A DNA stretch of 15,895 bases, from assembly GCA_048882505.1 (NCBI GenBank), contig JBHLRO010000039.1, positions 1 to 15,895 on the forward strand. Direction: 5' to 3'. Below, piece by piece: positions 15,814-15,895 of the stretch (positions are counted from its first letter, which is position 1; every line of letters starts with the position of its first letter). The notes beneath the pieces were generated by a model. That model had not been told where the DNA came from. It made no database searches and saw nothing but the letters and a program-made list of their open reading frames with translations. The DNA comes from Candidatus Thorarchaeota archaeon. Lineage in GTDB: Archaea > Asgardarchaeota > Heimdallarchaeia > Hodarchaeales > Hodarchaeaceae. The translations under genes were made by a program, and so were the position numbers.

Positions 15814-15895
15814 TTGGATTTCGATGACTGAACAGAAGGATACTGAGTACTCGAGCTGTAATTGATGTTTACACATTTCTTCAAAACTAGGGAAT

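Noticed and set aside
7532-15876. Further shadow ORFs (7532-7825, 9037-9246, 9236-9436, 10161-10580, 13679-13909, 14174-14371, 14909-15193, 14925-15206, 15395-15580, 15691-15876)
   Set aside because: They overlap supported genes and have no independent evidence.
1-15895. CRISPR array, tRNA/rRNA, transposase or integrase
   Set aside because: No regularly spaced 25-40-bp repeats, no cloverleaf or rRNA-like GC-rich stretch, and no DDE or tyrosine/serine recombinase motifs seen by eye.

Overview
A 15.9-kb AT-rich, accessory-type window. An archaeal origin, possibly Asgard/Heimdallarchaeia-like, is inferred from GGTGA/GGAGGT ribosome-binding sites, AT-rich TATA-like promoters and an N-glycosylated beta-helix/TM/winged-helix surface protein; no marker gene confirms this. 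The standout is at the left end on the minus strand: one 548-aa protein fuses a class I SAM-dependent methyltransferase to a complete HgcA-like corrinoid domain (NVWCAA cap-helix Cys retained) and an HgcA-like membrane domain. An HgcB-like 2x[4Fe-4S] ferredoxin follows 16 nt later. Its motifs resemble the non-canonical HgcA-paralog branch more than proven mercury methylators, so this is a candidate SAM-fed cobalamin methyl-transfer system with an unknown acceptor. Beside it lie an ATC-hydrolase-like gene, a DinB/ClbS-like gene and a divergent ChrB-domain + MFS pair. The rest encodes a TPR protein, a single-pass receptor-like protein with a cytoplasmic winged-helix domain, an unknown polytopic membrane protein, an MBL-fold hydrolase, a wHTH regulator divergent from a GNAT acetyltransferase, and a type-B carboxylesterase. 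I saw no rRNA, tRNA, CRISPR array, transposase or integrase. All family calls come from motif recognition by eye, not database searches.
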